A stretch of DNA of 64,000 nt from the human T2T-CHM13v2.0 reference genome, Homo sapiens (GCF_009914755.1 NC_060928.1); one strand, 5' to 3'; shown: positions 28,391-45,265, numbered from the stretch's first letter. Translations and numbers: made by a program. Notes: a model not told the origin generated them from the letters alone.

Positions 28391-31300
28391 GAAATTGTCA
28401 GGCAATAAAAAAATACTAGTTAGTTTATACAGTATTAGGTTTGACTTATGCAGCTAGCAATAAATAGGTGCCAGAATAATTTCTTTGACTCTCTCAAGTT
28501 TTATTTTAAAGCTGAATGTGTTCAGAGTAGACATTATCATGTACTTGTTAGCATCTAGGACATGCCCCCAGTTAATAACTGGTTTTTGTCAATATGCTAA
28601 AGGGTTTGAAGTACCTGGACTTCATTCAAACCATTAATAGCTTGCAGCTATCCTAAACCCTGCGGAGCTATGATTAACCTTTTCATTACAGTTTCATCTA
28701 TAGGATAAAACAGCAACTTCAGGAAAGCTATTAAGTGCAGTAATAACTTATGCTAACAGGAAAGATTCAGCAACTTTCAGTATAAATTCTCAAGAGTCAT
28801 TTTCTTTTTTTTTTTTTGCCTGAAGATTTTTTGAAGCTCTGTATTCCATCAGTGATTCTGCAATTGTCTTTTCCACCTGTAAGAAGGTGAGTGGAAGAGG
28901 CTATGGCTTCCCTTTCCACCAGTGTGGAAATTTTCAAGTAAGGATTCTATCTGGAATGAATGTGCCAGTGCTTAAATAGATGGATAGATATGTATTCTGG
29001 TACCTGCCTGTCCCAGAGCAGGAAACTACAAGAGCAATTCTTCTTCATAAAAATAAGCAATATACCTATGCCAATGTGCTTGCTTTGTATTTATCTATTT
29101 ACTATCTCTCTAAGAAAACACTTTTATATAAAATCTTATTTTGCAAAAAATTACTTTCAGTATTACTTCAAAATACCTTCAGATTCATTACAAAGGGAGC
29201 GAAGTCTTGTGAAGCATGTCACATTGCCATGTAACCCTTGCTACTTTCCTTTAGTCAAATGTAAATAGTTTATTTCCTGTTTCTTGAATTTGCTTTTTGG
29301 TTTCAGTACTTCAACACTGGGGTTAATGCTATGGAAATTACCCAAAGAGCTCAAACTCTTTTTTTTTTATTTATTTTTTTTTTTTTACTGTTCAAATCTG
29401 GACTGACATCTTAGAATATAACCTAATAGTAGCAGAAATCAGATTTTGTGTTAATTTGAAATGTACATAATTCAGTTTTACAGGAAGTTATTCAGATGTG
29501 TAAATTCTGAGTAACGCTTTGTTTTGCATTATATTGTTAAGAAATTGTTCATAAAATCTGTATTCTGCTCCCTCTAACCAGTTCTGTAGGCATTTATTGC
29601 TAGTCTTGGGATTGTCAGACCTATGGATATTTCTGGCCCTTTATTTTGAACTGTTTGAGGTAAATGTCACTTCCCAGAGTTCATATGTTCTTCATCTCAG
29701 CAACTGGGGAGTGACAGTAGGGAGTAACAGTACGATGTGCCTTATCAGGAGGAAGAAGTTTGTGGAGGTCTGAGCTAAGTGTCTATGATTTATTGTGAAG
29801 ACTGGAAACTCCCCTGGAGCTCAAGCCACTAATTTCTTTTTATAGCATAAGAAAGCTTGGCCTGCACATTTTCCCTGCAGCACATATATTGACAGATAAT
29901 ACATTTTTATATGGGTCTGCAGACACATGAACTTCAAGGCTAATCAATGCCAAGGGCATACATAAAGAGGTATGCAAACGACAGGGAAGTCAGTGGAAAC
30001 CATCTAAAGAAAACTTTCTCATATTCAAAAAATGTCCTCAATAAAATACCATGAATCTTAGTGTTAATCCTGAAACCAGGTTCTCTGTTTCCTCCTTTTT
30101 TATATCTCATTTACGGCTGTGATGCAGAAGTCTGGCCTTAGGTTTATATCCCATGGCTATACCCAAGGTGCTTGAATGCACCTTTACTGCTATCTTGGCA
30201 CTCAAGGGTTCATAAAAAAATTATGTTCAACAAAGCACCAAAGTGAAGAGGTGAAAAGACATCACACAAACATTTTAAGAAGCAATTCATCATTTATAGT
30301 GGCATCTAACCAGATATTAATTGTCCTGCAAGAAAGAACAAAGTTGTTCTTAAGTCAAAATATTGAGTCTCATGCTGGGTTATAACCTTATGCATCATTT
30401 ATGTAAGTGGTGTCTAGAAATAAAATAATTGTTTGCAGGATTCCACCACCACATACAGCCTGGTGGTTCTGACTCACTCCTCTGACTCATTGGCCCCATA
30501 TTATTCCCTTTGGATAGATTAGGCAGAATGGTAGGATATTGACCATTAAAATAATTTTATGGGATTAACTTTCCAATTAGTGCTAGAGGAAATTTCTGAT
30601 TTTTCAAATGAGACTCTTATGGTCTAACCAACGAACCACTCTGCCTTAATAAATTCACCATACATGTACCAGAAAAGAATTCTATGAAATAGTTGCAACA
30701 CTGAATAATGAAGGCATTATGAAAATTTTTGGCTTAATCATTACAATTTCAAGTTTAAGGTGTAATTAATGCCATTTTTTCTGCAGTGTCACATGTAAGC
30801 TAAGTAGGGTTTAATACCTTTTCAATGCATTAATAAAATGCTTATGATGGAATTCTTGTCAATATTTTTTCTGAAGTTAGAGAAAGGAGAATATGTTCCT
30901 TAAGGGAAGATAAATGTTTTGTTTTGTTTTTAAACCCTTGTTTAGTTAGTACTATGCTTGTAATTGTTTACTTATACCAAAGTAGCTTCCACATTAAAAC
31001 AGAAACTAGTGCTGCATATGCTTACGGGGTAAATGCATGCTCTTGTTCTTATTTTAAAAATTAAGATTTTATTACTTGATGTTTTACATATACAGTATAT
31101 ACAGAAAAACTCATGAAATGTTACTCTTGTTATTAAAACACATTTTTAGAAATTCTAAAAAAAATCTAAAGAGATGTTAATTTTCCAGCCATCCTCAAGC
31201 TGCTGTAATATAGTGTTCCTGATAACCCTGAACATGATTCAATTTCACACTTAAACAACATGTAGTCTGCTATCATTGTACCTCATATTTGTTCCAGTTG

Positions 31301-32689
31301 AAATAAAACAAGTTGGCTAAACCTTTATCCAGAAGGAGAAAAGCTCACAAATACTAACTTATCTTTCATTTTAAAACAAATGTATTGCTAACACTTTAAC
31401 ATTTTTTTCTTTCTATTCTCAGTTTGCACATATGGAAAAATGATTAAATTTTTAGGCCATTTATTTAACATATTCATTTAGCCTATATCTACTGTGTCCC
31501 AGACACCATTCCAATACTTGAAATATATTAGATAAAATAGAGAACACTTTGCCCCTGTAGGTAAAACAGGCAAAACTCTGCGCCCTTGCGCTTTTCTCTT
31601 TTCTTTTTTTTTCTTTCTTTTGCTTTATTGTAAATCAAAACAGGATGGAGGATTGAGACAAAGTAAATTTTATATCAATCAACAAACTCCCATTAGATGA
31701 ACTAAATTTAGAACTTGAAAGCCATACTAGTCAGTATCTGGGGAAGTCATGAGAATTTAACATCACATACAGGCACAGACACACACACACTCACACACAC
31801 ACATATATGTTTAAAGATATATCTGTGTGTGTACATTTATTTTATATGTGTATATATGCTTATTTATTCCAAGACTACTCTACCTTTTAATAATTTTTGA
31901 AAGAAATGTATATTTTACATGATATAAAATTCAGAATTAAAATATTATCAAAATATTGGTACACTATTAGACATGTTTCTCTTGCTGGTTAATATCTACT
32001 TAAGGCATACAAAATATTAAGTAAACAAAATTATTTTAAAAAGTAATACCACCCCTGCTCCTGGGATCTGATAAAATGTGACACAAGCTTACTGAATTAC
32101 TTCCATATTCAAAGTCTGTTTTCCTATTGTTTTAAGCTCTTTGTCTACCAGAGCAAATGTTGCAAAAGCACTACTCATTTTTCTAGAGAATTATAAATCT
32201 AGAAGTATAAATTATAGGATATTAAAATATAATTTCTTAAGAATTGTGAACACAATTATTAATATGCTGAGGATAATTAAGCCATGGGCATGTGAGAGTA
32301 GTTATTGGATACAGGAATCATTCGTAATTTTTCTTTGCAGAGCTCATTTAATTTCTCCTTATACCCAAAAGCTAAAGCTTTGTGGGTCTAGGTGAGCACT
32401 GAGATACTCAGCAGAAACCTATTTTCAGGTAGAGAAATTTACCACTATCAAGACTTCCACATGTTTATTGTGTCAAGTACCTGTGGAGCATAGACAGACT
32501 ACTGTACCTACAAAACACCTACTGCATAGGTAAAAATTCGTTGCTAACCTGGGTTATAAGATTAATGCTAATGTTAAGTCCAATTATGAATCACCGAATG
32601 GTGTGTGGGTAGATCGTGGATGGAGGCTTAAGAAGGAGGGAACCGTATTTTAATGGAGGGTTGTTTTCACAATAGTGAATACACAGATT

Positions 32690-33175
32690 TTGATGAGAAA
32701 CTTTACAACTCCATGATTTACTGTCTGTGTGACCTGCACCAAGTCATTTAATCTCTCTGACACCACTTCCCTCATTAGTAAAATGCAGATTATAATCCCA
32801 GCCTTGCAGAGTTGTGAGAACTCATGATGAACTCATGTCCTTTGCAGCGACATGGATGAAACTGGAAATCATCATTCTCAGCAAGTTAACACAAGAAGAG
32901 AAAACCAAACACTGCATGTTCTCACTCATAAGTGGGAGTTGAACAATGAGAACACATGGACACAGGGAGGGGACCATCACACACCGGGGCGTGTCGAGGG
33001 GTAGGGGACTGGCGGAGGGATAGCATTAGGAGAAATACCTACTGTAAATGACAAGTTGATGGGTGCAGCAAATCAACATGGCACATGTATACCTATGTAA
33101 CAAACCTGCACATTCTACACATGTACCCCAGAACGTAAAGTATAAAAATAATAAAAAAAACTTAGTACAGTGCTG
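32690..33175 (+). mobile_element. MIR interrupted by an L1PA 3' end
   Basis: MIR sequence at 32715-32820 resumes as CTTAGTACAGTGC at 33161. Confidence 0.7.
32824..33160 (+). mobile_element. 5'-truncated L1PA6/7-like 3' end
   Basis: End of ORF2 plus 3'UTR (GGAGGGATAGCATTAGGAGAAATACCTA...) and A tail. Confidence 0.92.
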
Positions 33176-33565
33176 TTAAATCCTTGAGATGGGTATTATT
33201 TTATGTTCAGTCAAGTTTTGCTGGCAACTATAATCTTCCTTCTCTAAGGGAAACAAGAGATGTTCAGGGGCAAGGAGGGATTTCTGTCCCTTGTAGTTAT
33301 GATGGAAATGCTGATTGGATGGTAGTTAAGCCACCAAAGAATGATGACCCTCTGTTGTATTGTATAAATCTTTAGACTATGTGGCATAAAGTCCTCACTT
33401 TCAGGAAGCAGAAAAACATAGATTCGAAGTTAGACTTATCCCACTCTCTCAGAATAGCAGCATCACTTTGACTCAACGAACCTAGAAAATGGCCGAGTCA
33501 GCCTCCGATTCAAAATTCAAATTTGTAATTTTGAAATTCCCTAATAAATTCTGAGATAATTCTCT

Positions 33566-34040
33566 GTATTTGTTTTTGACGGTTGTGTAACAAATTGCCA
33601 CAAGCTTAGTGGCTTAAAACAATTTAAATTTAGCATCTCAGTTTCTGTGGGTTGGGAATCTGGGTGTTGCTTAGCTGATTCCTGTGCTCAGGGTCTTGTC
33701 TGGCTGCAATCAAGGTGTCAACTGGGGCTACGGTCTCATCTGAAGCTTGCGTGGGTACTCTTTTAAGTTCATGTGGTTGTTGGCAGAATTGAGTTTTATC
33801 TTGTTGTAGGACTGAGTCTCTCAGCTTCTAGAGGCCACTCCTTTCTAAAGCAGTTCACAGCATGGTTTATCCTTCGCCCTGGTGGCCAGCAGAATCCCAC
33901 TGATACTTCACCTTCTTTAAAGGTCTCACCTGATTAAGTGAACCCCACACAGGATAATCTCTCTTTTGATTAACTCAAAGCTAACTCTCTCAATTAGAAA
34001 GCTTAATTATACCTGCAAAAGTGCTATATTTTTGCCATGT
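33566..34040 (-). mobile_element. MLT1D-like LTR
   Basis: TGTAACAAATTGCCACAAGCTTAGTGGCTTAAAACAA...CAGGATAATCTCTCTTTTGATTAACTCAAAG. Confidence 0.85.
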
Positions 34041-34044
34041 AATT

Positions 34045-34110
34045 ATGGTTGTCAGATAAAATGATACCCAGTTAAATGTGAATTTCAGGAAAACAACAAA
34101 GTGTGGTTTT
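34045..34110. mobile_element. MER53-like hAT MITE fragment
   Basis: GGTTGTCAGATAAAAT...CCCAGTTAAATGTGAATTTCAG. Confidence 0.65.
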
Positions 34111-35444
34111 CTTTTCTCTGAATACAGCACCTTGTCCTTCCAGCTTTCAATAAATAGACATGCTGCTTACCTTACGGTAATCTAAATTAAATGTAGATGT
34201 ATTGTCTAGTAGACTTTGCCTATTTATCTGTTAATAAACACATTTAGTCAGGGCTCACCCCCTGTAGTTGCCATAAACCCTGCTTACTACTGTCTTATAT
34301 TCATACTTTATTGTTCATTTTTCCCTCTTCCTGACGCAGTAAGCATGTGAGTTGTGATCGCTTTTCCAGTTTATTACCCATATTTTGCTCTCTCTCTGTA
34401 TAGATACAAGATGTGATTATCCATGTTGATATCAACAATCCTCAAAATCTTGAGCCCATTTCTTTCTTTCTTTGATTTTCTAGAGTGCTTTGCCAGTGCT
34501 CCAATTGCTGCCATTTGCTATGAATAAAGTTACCCATCTCTATACATGGTTGCAATGACTTTGTATCTTGCTAGGCTATGCATAGCTGTCAGTCATGAGA
34601 TTTGGTTTTCTGGCCAGCATATGACCACAGCAGTCTAACCCAATCGTTTTTATTTTATTCATTACTGTCTCCTGAGAACAGTCCAAACAGAATAACATTG
34701 ATTTCCAAATTTTCAGCCTCAAAACCCATTCCCTTTATTTACCTATCTTCCTTCTTTTTCTTCTCTGAGTAAGGAAGATTATCTATCCTTGTCTCCAAGG
34801 CTAATCCTCTGCCTGAGCTCTCCTATTGCTCTAATATGGTTTGAGGATTAGAGAAAATGCTTCTCAAATCCTGCCTTTCAAATATCTGGCTGAAGTCTAA
34901 AATTCTACTGATGGAGCTTAATTGGTCTTAACTTCAGGTTTTGATCTGAAAATTCATATATTTCCCTGAGAGAAGCTCTTCATGGATTATGCTTTCACAA
35001 TGTTCTTCTTCAAACCTCTACTTGGGCAATTACCACCTTGTCACATCCAGTTATCATGTACCTATTTATACATCTAACCTCAATCTTAGTCTGTAAGAAA
35101 TTCTAAGATAAGGATATGGTTTTATTTGTGCTATAATTCTCAGTATAGGCTGCTTGATGTATACTTGCATTTAATGAGTGCTTGTGGGAGAAATAAATGC
35201 CAACTTATTCTAAGTACTTACCTGAGAACGCATTGTTTTTACATGTTTGCATTTTGGTTCAGAGCCCTCATGGTTGTATCCAGATGAACATCTGCATTGC
35301 TTACCATGCCTTAGTAGATCAGGAGAAATTCTGATTGGGAAACAACGATGTGCAATAATATTTTATTAAGTATTAATAATTTTAAATAATAAGAATTAGT
35401 AGCATTTGTTAATAACTTTTTATGAGCTAGGCTATGTAATAAAT

Positions 35445-35750
35445 AAGAGGTTAGGAAACTACAGTGCAGGAGCCAAATCCAGCCCAGTAGCTGTTTTTGT
35501 ACACTCGATAAGATATGATTTTCATATTTTTAAATAGTGGGAAAAAATAAAAAGAATAGTATTTTGCAACAAATATCCAAATTTCAGTGTCCATAAATAG
35601 AGTTTTGCATTTCTTCTATAAAATATTTGTGATTTTTTTCTCCCTGTTTTATATAAGTAGCTATACAATATCCTCAAGTTTGCCTCTTGTTTCAAAAACC
35701 TTAAAATATTTATTATCTAGCTCCTTAGAGAAAAAAATTTCTGACCCCTA
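35445..35750. mobile_element. MER58-like hAT-Charlie element inserted in a MIR
   Basis: AAACTACAG...GCCAAATCCAGCCC; AAATTTCAGTGTCCATAAATAGAGTTTT; terminal TGACCCCT. Confidence 0.8.
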
Positions 35751-38289
35751 CTCCAAATGCTGGACATCTTTTTTGTCTTCATACATAATAATGCATAATC
35801 AATTGAGAAAACAACTGTCTCCACTCTCTCCATGTATCTGCAGAGACTTTCTCGAAAGTCACAGAGGTCAGTCTGGTGGCTTTTGTTTTTTGAATGTATA
35901 CCAGATCTGGTGGCCTTGCCAGCTCCTCTTCTGGGCTCTTGCTCATGGCTTGGTAGTGGCTGGCTGGAAGGGAAAGTGCTGAGCTGGGAGGCTGTTACAG
36001 CTGCTTTTGCAGCTTCAGGTCCTTAATGCTGCAGTTTTACACCAGTGAGTCTCAGCACTTCTTAATTGTCAACTATAAAGTTCTGCAGCTGTCTCTGTCA
36101 AATTTGTCTAGATTCTCACAAAATTCCTGGGGAGGCTGAGATACATTTTTTACTTACCTCAATAACTGTTTCTTTTTAGCTAAAGGCAGGCACAGTGTTC
36201 TTGCTTTCCCTGCTTCCAGGAGCTTCTGTTCCTCTTCAAGGACATCATCACAGTTTGGGATTGACCACGGCTCCTCTCTCTTTGTGTTTAGCTATACAAA
36301 TGGCAGCTTATTGAGAGCGGGATTTAAAAATCCCAAATCTCTCTGGAAGGGCTTGGGATCTTTGCAGACAAATCACATTTGTTAATGATGCCACAAGAAT
36401 TACTCAAAATAAATATGTAGACTGAATACACGTGATGACTCTGGCTTTTTACTAGGGCTTGTGATGGTGATGACTTAGTAACTAATCCACTCAATGGATG
36501 ATCTTTAATTAAAAAAATACTCAACTCTGTGAAAGGTTAATTTACAAAGATTACTAATTTTTCATTACTTCATCAACTGTACTATTTCAAAAATACTGAT
36601 TAACCTTTTGGGGTCTCCAAAAAAAGTAGATTTGAAGATTTACATGTAAACAGCATATACTTTCAGATAGTTATTGATTGATAACCAATAGGCTCCTAGA
36701 AAACAAGAATACCACACAACTGTTGCTATAGTGTAATATTATCTGTGAAGATTTGCATTATTTGGGGTTTAGTCTTGGATATTTTCTGCTAAAATCCAGG
36801 TTTTATTTTCATCTACTAAGAGGAGGCATTGGTCATATTATTCCCTCCTAGAAAGGGAGATCCAGGTAAAACTTTGTTTAAGGTGTGATATCCTCAAGAC
36901 AAGCTGCCTGCTCAGGATGAAAAGTGCCTTCCCACTTCTGACAGTGATTTCCTATAATGATTCTGGATAATGGTAGCCTGCCTCTCCCAAGACTGCTTCA
37001 CAAAACCACTGGGTTTCCTGGAATGTCTGTAGTGATGGCATTTTTTCCTAATATAATTTTTCTCCTACAGATTTTAATTTAGTTACAGATTTATCCATTA
37101 AAATTGCAATTTGAAGTGTTGCTAGGATACTTAATATTTTTTCAAGGAAAGCATCTCTAAGGCTTTTTTCCCTCTTTCAGTTTTTGATAACATGATCTCC
37201 TTAGAATTAGTTTCGTTCCACGTACAGTTTCTGGGTAGAGTGATCTTTCCTTTCCTTGTCCGCATATTACCTCCTGCATATTCCCTCTTGCTATTCCCAT
37301 ATGCTGTTCTCTCCTCCGTCATGAGTGCCACCTGCACTGACCCTCTCCCTGTCCTTGGACCAGCCTTTAAACACTCCTGAAAAACTGTCATGGTTTAATT
37401 TTTGGATGATACAACTTTGAGAAGTAAGACTTCACTTCTTTTTTATTTTAATTTTTAAATCATCAGGTAGGTTAAACATTATTATTATTTGACTAGTATC
37501 TACTATAGATTTTGGAATTATTAACATTTGTGTACTTCTGATGAGTCTCTCATTATGTGATACGTATTTCAGACATTAACTTGCTTAATCCTTTGAACAT
37601 CTGTTGTGAAGGAGGTACCATTGCTAACCCCCTCTTACATAGAACTGAGTAGAGCTTTTGTTCAATGTGATTTCTTATCTGACGCTAAAGTCTCTGTTCT
37701 CAATTACTACCATATACTATATACACTAAATGGCTCTAATAATTTTCTGGTGAAGGAACATAAAAGCTTTTCAAAATCCCTAGCATATTATATTTTTATC
37801 AAGAGAGATAAGGTACTCTCTCAAGGGCTCACTTAGGTTGGATTTCAATTTGTCTATACCAGTGTTGTTTCATCGTTCTGAAAGAGGATGGAAAAGTAAA
37901 ATAAAAACTAAAGAGATCAGCGTTTTCTCTTCCTTTCATATCTCCAAGTGATCCCTGTGGTTGCCTACAGTTTTTTAAAGTGAGTCTATCCCCTATTTAT
38001 GCCTGCTCCTATTAGATGAAGTAAGAACTTTGAGATTCATTGTTTTCCTAAAACTCACTGACCTCTCCTCCCACACTTTTGCTTCTGGCTCTAATATTGC
38101 TTTCCTATAATTTTCCTTGTTTAAATATTTATTAAGCACTTTGACTAATAAAATACTATTGCAGAGCCATTTTGGAGCTGTGCTATGCAAGTGTTAAAGT
38201 CAACTCCCATGCCTTGAGGGAAGTGTGGCATGAACAGAGTTTTTGACAGAATCATCAAAATCAAGTTCTGGCCCTCTTGCCAACAGCAA

Positions 38290-38480
38290 CGTGGTTAAGA
38301 GTTTACTTTTAGTGAGTACTTACTATGTGCCAGGCACTATTTCAACCTCTTTGTGTATATTTCATTATTCAGTACTCACAACAATCCAACATTATTATTA
38401 TTGCTATGTTACAGATCCTGAACCTGAGACTCAGAGAGGTAACTAACCTACCCAAATTTACACAGATAACAAGTTATGGG
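38290..38480 (-). mobile_element. MIR
   Basis: GAGTACTTACTATGTGCCAGGCACT...TGAGACTCAGAGAGGTAACTAAC. Confidence 0.8.
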
Positions 38481-40097
38481 CAAAGCTCTATGAGTTTTAC
38501 CAATTCATTTTATATCCCTAGATTTCGTTTTTTCATTGGTAAAATTGATGGACTTCAGTAAATAATTTCTAAGGCCCCTTCCATTTCTTAAGTTAATTGA
38601 TGTCTTCCCCTAGCAGCCTTATTTTAATATTCTATTTTTTAAGACAGGAAAGTCACATAAGTTTTATCTCTATCTATTTACAAATCCATTTTCTTCCTCT
38701 GGCTTTTCCTCTTCTGAGACTTGTTAGCACTAAAGAGTATAACTTTATTCTCATGGTTACTAACACAATCCTGACACCAGTTGAGTCCTTGAGTAAAATC
38801 AATATTTTTATTTCCTTTCTTCAACCTCCAACACAAAGTATAGCATCTGGCCCATGGTAGGTACTCATGAAATGTTGAACAATATGAAATATTGAAATGA
38901 AATGAGAACATGAAATTTTGAACAATACATATATTTTTGTGTTTATGTATATATTATATTGTATCTTGTTTTGCTCATTGAACTATGAATTCACTGAGGA
39001 CTTTATGCTGACAGTTGAGTTGGAAATAGGGCAATGATTAGATCTAATTTGCCAAAACTTAATTTTGAACTATCAAACCACAGCCCATTTTCATCTTGAA
39101 TCTGAGCGCCAAAAAGGAACACTATGCAGTAATTTCTCTGCATTTCAGCATTTTGTATATCCAGAGCATTTTGGGAATCTTGCTGCCTTTATGCACGTTT
39201 GCAGATGGAGACATTAATCTCTTCCAAGCACATTACCAGAGAATTTTCCAAATTCCGGATATTTTATAATTTGTCGCAAGGTTTACTGGGAGGAGGGAAT
39301 GAACATGTAATGAAAGTGAAAAGTTTAAGGTGCTAATCATCAAATTCCTTATATTCCTTAATTTTTAAATATGAATACAATATTTGAAATCCCAGTTTAA
39401 AAGGTGGTACCAAGAAGAACTAACATGAATCAAAAGAGTTTATTTTCCTTAGAAAAAGAGTAATTCTTTTACATAAATAATTAATATTCAATGGAGTTGT
39501 CATACATAATTTTATCTTTCCATTTTTTTCTCCCTGTTTTGGTGTCATTCACTGCCAATAAGAATTGTTAATTTTAAAGTTGTGCTTGTTCAGCATTTTT
39601 CCCCAGCTGCCTAGTTTTTAATGAACTAAAGAATTTTACAATAAAATTCATATTTGACATTATTAAGCCTTCATTTCTCATAAATCCTGCTTGCTTTCTG
39701 TTTGCCTGTTCCATACATTCACAGATTAGAATATTAATGAATAAGCACGAAACTTCAAGTGCAATTTCTCTTTGCAATTTAAAAAGTGACATTTTTTCAG
39801 ATAATGAAAATGAATTCAATGTATTCAAATGAATACACAGAAGTTTCGTTCCTCATCTCTTTGTTGACAGGTTTCTAATGCTTATTCTTAACTCTTCACT
39901 GGATGTGACCTAATCAATCCACTACGATATGAGGATCTTAACTGGTTTCTTTTGTTTTCTTATTATATGTTAATATGAATTTTACTAAGGATTGGTAATT
40001 AATCCTGCAACTTCCTCTTGGGGGAGTCATTCTTGAAATCCAGGGGTTATCAAAAATGTAACTAGCTAATGAGAGACAGGGCATCAATTTTTTTTCA

Positions 40098-42867
<2,770 letters not shown>

Positions 42868-43178
42868 ACAATGAGACCACATGGACACAGGAAGGGGAAT
42901 ATCACACTCTGGGGACTGTGGTGAGGTCGGGGGAGGGGGGAGGGATAGCATTGGGAGATATACCTAATGCTAGATGACACGTTAGTGGGTGCAGCACACC
43001 AGCATGGCACATGTATACATATGTAACTAACCTGCACAATGTGCACATGTACCCTAAAACTTAAAGTATAATTAAAAAAAAAAAAAACATTAAAAAAATA
43101 AATAAATAAATAAATATTGGCAATAATTTAAATTAAAACTATAACATTCCAAAGTAAGAAGCTGACCTATGTTTTGGA

Positions 43179-43184
43179 ATTAAA
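43179..43184 (+). terminator. ATTAAA polyadenylation signal of the transduced flank
   Basis: Lies 15 nt upstream of a CA followed by 24 A (43200-43223). Confidence 0.8.
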
Positions 43185-45057
43185 TTGTGCATTGGCTACA
43201 AAAAAAAAAAAAAAAAAAAAAAAGAAAAGACATTTCGTAGAGTTCTTAAGAAAGAATGTGAAAGTAGAAGGAAGGAAGGAAGGATTGATTGACAGTGGAA
43301 GATAAAAGATTTCCTGAGCATAGAGCCTCTGAGCACAGAGCCTGGAAAAGTGACTGCTTTTGCTCCCTGTTTAGTTTGCTAGGAATATAGAGTGGCAATA
43401 AAGAACCTCATGAAATACTGTAGCACAATGCTTCTAGTGCAATGGGTTGGATTTTTCACCTCTTAAACATAGATAATCTCAAAAGGAAATAGATGAGTTG
43501 GTGAACATTGTTATGGTTATTTGCCTATTGCTACCTTAGAATTACTTTATTTTTAGCTGATTTTTTTACACTTCTGTGTTTTTCTACTTATAGGCTTATG
43601 ATTCTTTATGAATCAATATGCAAATCTTAATGCCAGAGATATAAAGGATGACCTTTTTTGTATAGATTTATAGACATTATTAAGGGGCCTTACAGATCAT
43701 CTAGTGCAGACTTTTTACTCCATAAACTTAAAAAAAGATACACAGCAAGTTAAAATATCTGTATGATGTCATAGATTAACATGATCATTTGTATATAGAA
43801 ATGAATACCAGATGGTACCCCGATTGTTATATATGACATTTGGATTCATGAAAACCAACATACATGTACTTTCAGTTATAAATGTTCTCATAAGCAAAGG
43901 GAAGTTAAAGGAGTTAAAGAGAGGAAGAGTGAAGCATATAGAAGAAGATACGTCTTCTTGAGCAACTTCTGGGCTGATAAGTCAATGTATGTATTCCGTT
44001 CAGAGTTAGTGGGGACCCTATATGGGTTGATAAGTCAGGGGACTGAAGTTCTGAGGAAATAATTATCTTGCAAATCTTATAAAACAAGGATTTAAATTTG
44101 GGTCTGTCTCAGGTGAGAGTCTATTTTATTTATTTGCTGAATAAAATCTTTAGAGCTTAAAACATAGATCATAATATTTTTTATTTGTACACAGCTTTTA
44201 TATTTTCACACAATGCTTATTTATCCACCAGTCATTTGTTTGGACCATATTTATTGGTAATTTACTACTGGTGGTTTCTATACTATGTGTGGAGCTTAGG
44301 TAAAGACCTTCTGTTCCCAGAACTTACCATCTGGTACTGTTACTCAAGCACAGCAATGTCTCATAAGAGAGGTATAAGTATGACAATAATTTAAACGTGG
44401 GAATAATCACTTTTTGTTCATAAACCTCACAGGTTTTCATGAAAGAGATGGCCTTCATTTTTTTCTCTCCTGATTGAGCTTCGTTGGAGAAATTATGCTC
44501 CATGTGAGAAGATGGCAGGAGCCAATGAACAGGGAGGAGTTTGGAAGCAATCATGGAAGGTGATTTGAGGAGTACAGTATAACCAAAGTGTTCCTACTGT
44601 GAAAAAGTCATCTACAAAACAATTCTGAATAGATAAATTGAAACCATATTCCAGGGGCCTTCTGAGGCCACAGCAAGAAGTAGAGGTGGCCGTGGGAAAG
44701 CTGTTAAGTAGTGGTATCACATAATCAGAATTTGTTTAAAACCTTTCTTTAATACTTACCAGTTGTGCAATGCTGATCAACTCGCGTGGTGAGTTCAGTA
44801 CTTGGTATTGGGTCCAAAATCTATCTCAGGTTTGGAATGAGGGAAAAAGATTATGATATTCTTTGGGGGACAATTGCTTCTTGCCTCCTAATCTTTTCTG
44901 TTTCATTGCTCCTGATTGCACAGGTTGGGCAGTACCATTAATGCCTCTCTATCTATTTTGCTTTAATGAAAACTTTGCTCTATTAACTACCTCCATGATT
45001 CTCAGAGGGTCAGGCCCTGCAGATGGTCTCTGCCATCTTGTTACTACTTTTGACTTT

Positions 45058-45265
45058 CTCTTTTTTTTGAGACAGTGTCTTGCTTTGTTGCCCAGGATGG
45101 AGTGCAGTGGCGTGATCATGGCTCACTGTAGCCTTGAACTCCCAGGCTCAGGCCATCTTCCTACCTCAGTTTCCTAAGTCGCTGGGACTATGGTTGCACA
45201 CCACCACACTTGGCTAATTTTTTCTTTTTTTTCCTTTTTTTTTGGAGAGGCAAGTTCTTGCTATC
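45058..45265 (-). mobile_element. 5'-truncated AluJ-like
   Basis: Right monomer with J-type GCCTTGAACTCCCAGGCTCA plus a short piece of the left monomer. Confidence 0.85.
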
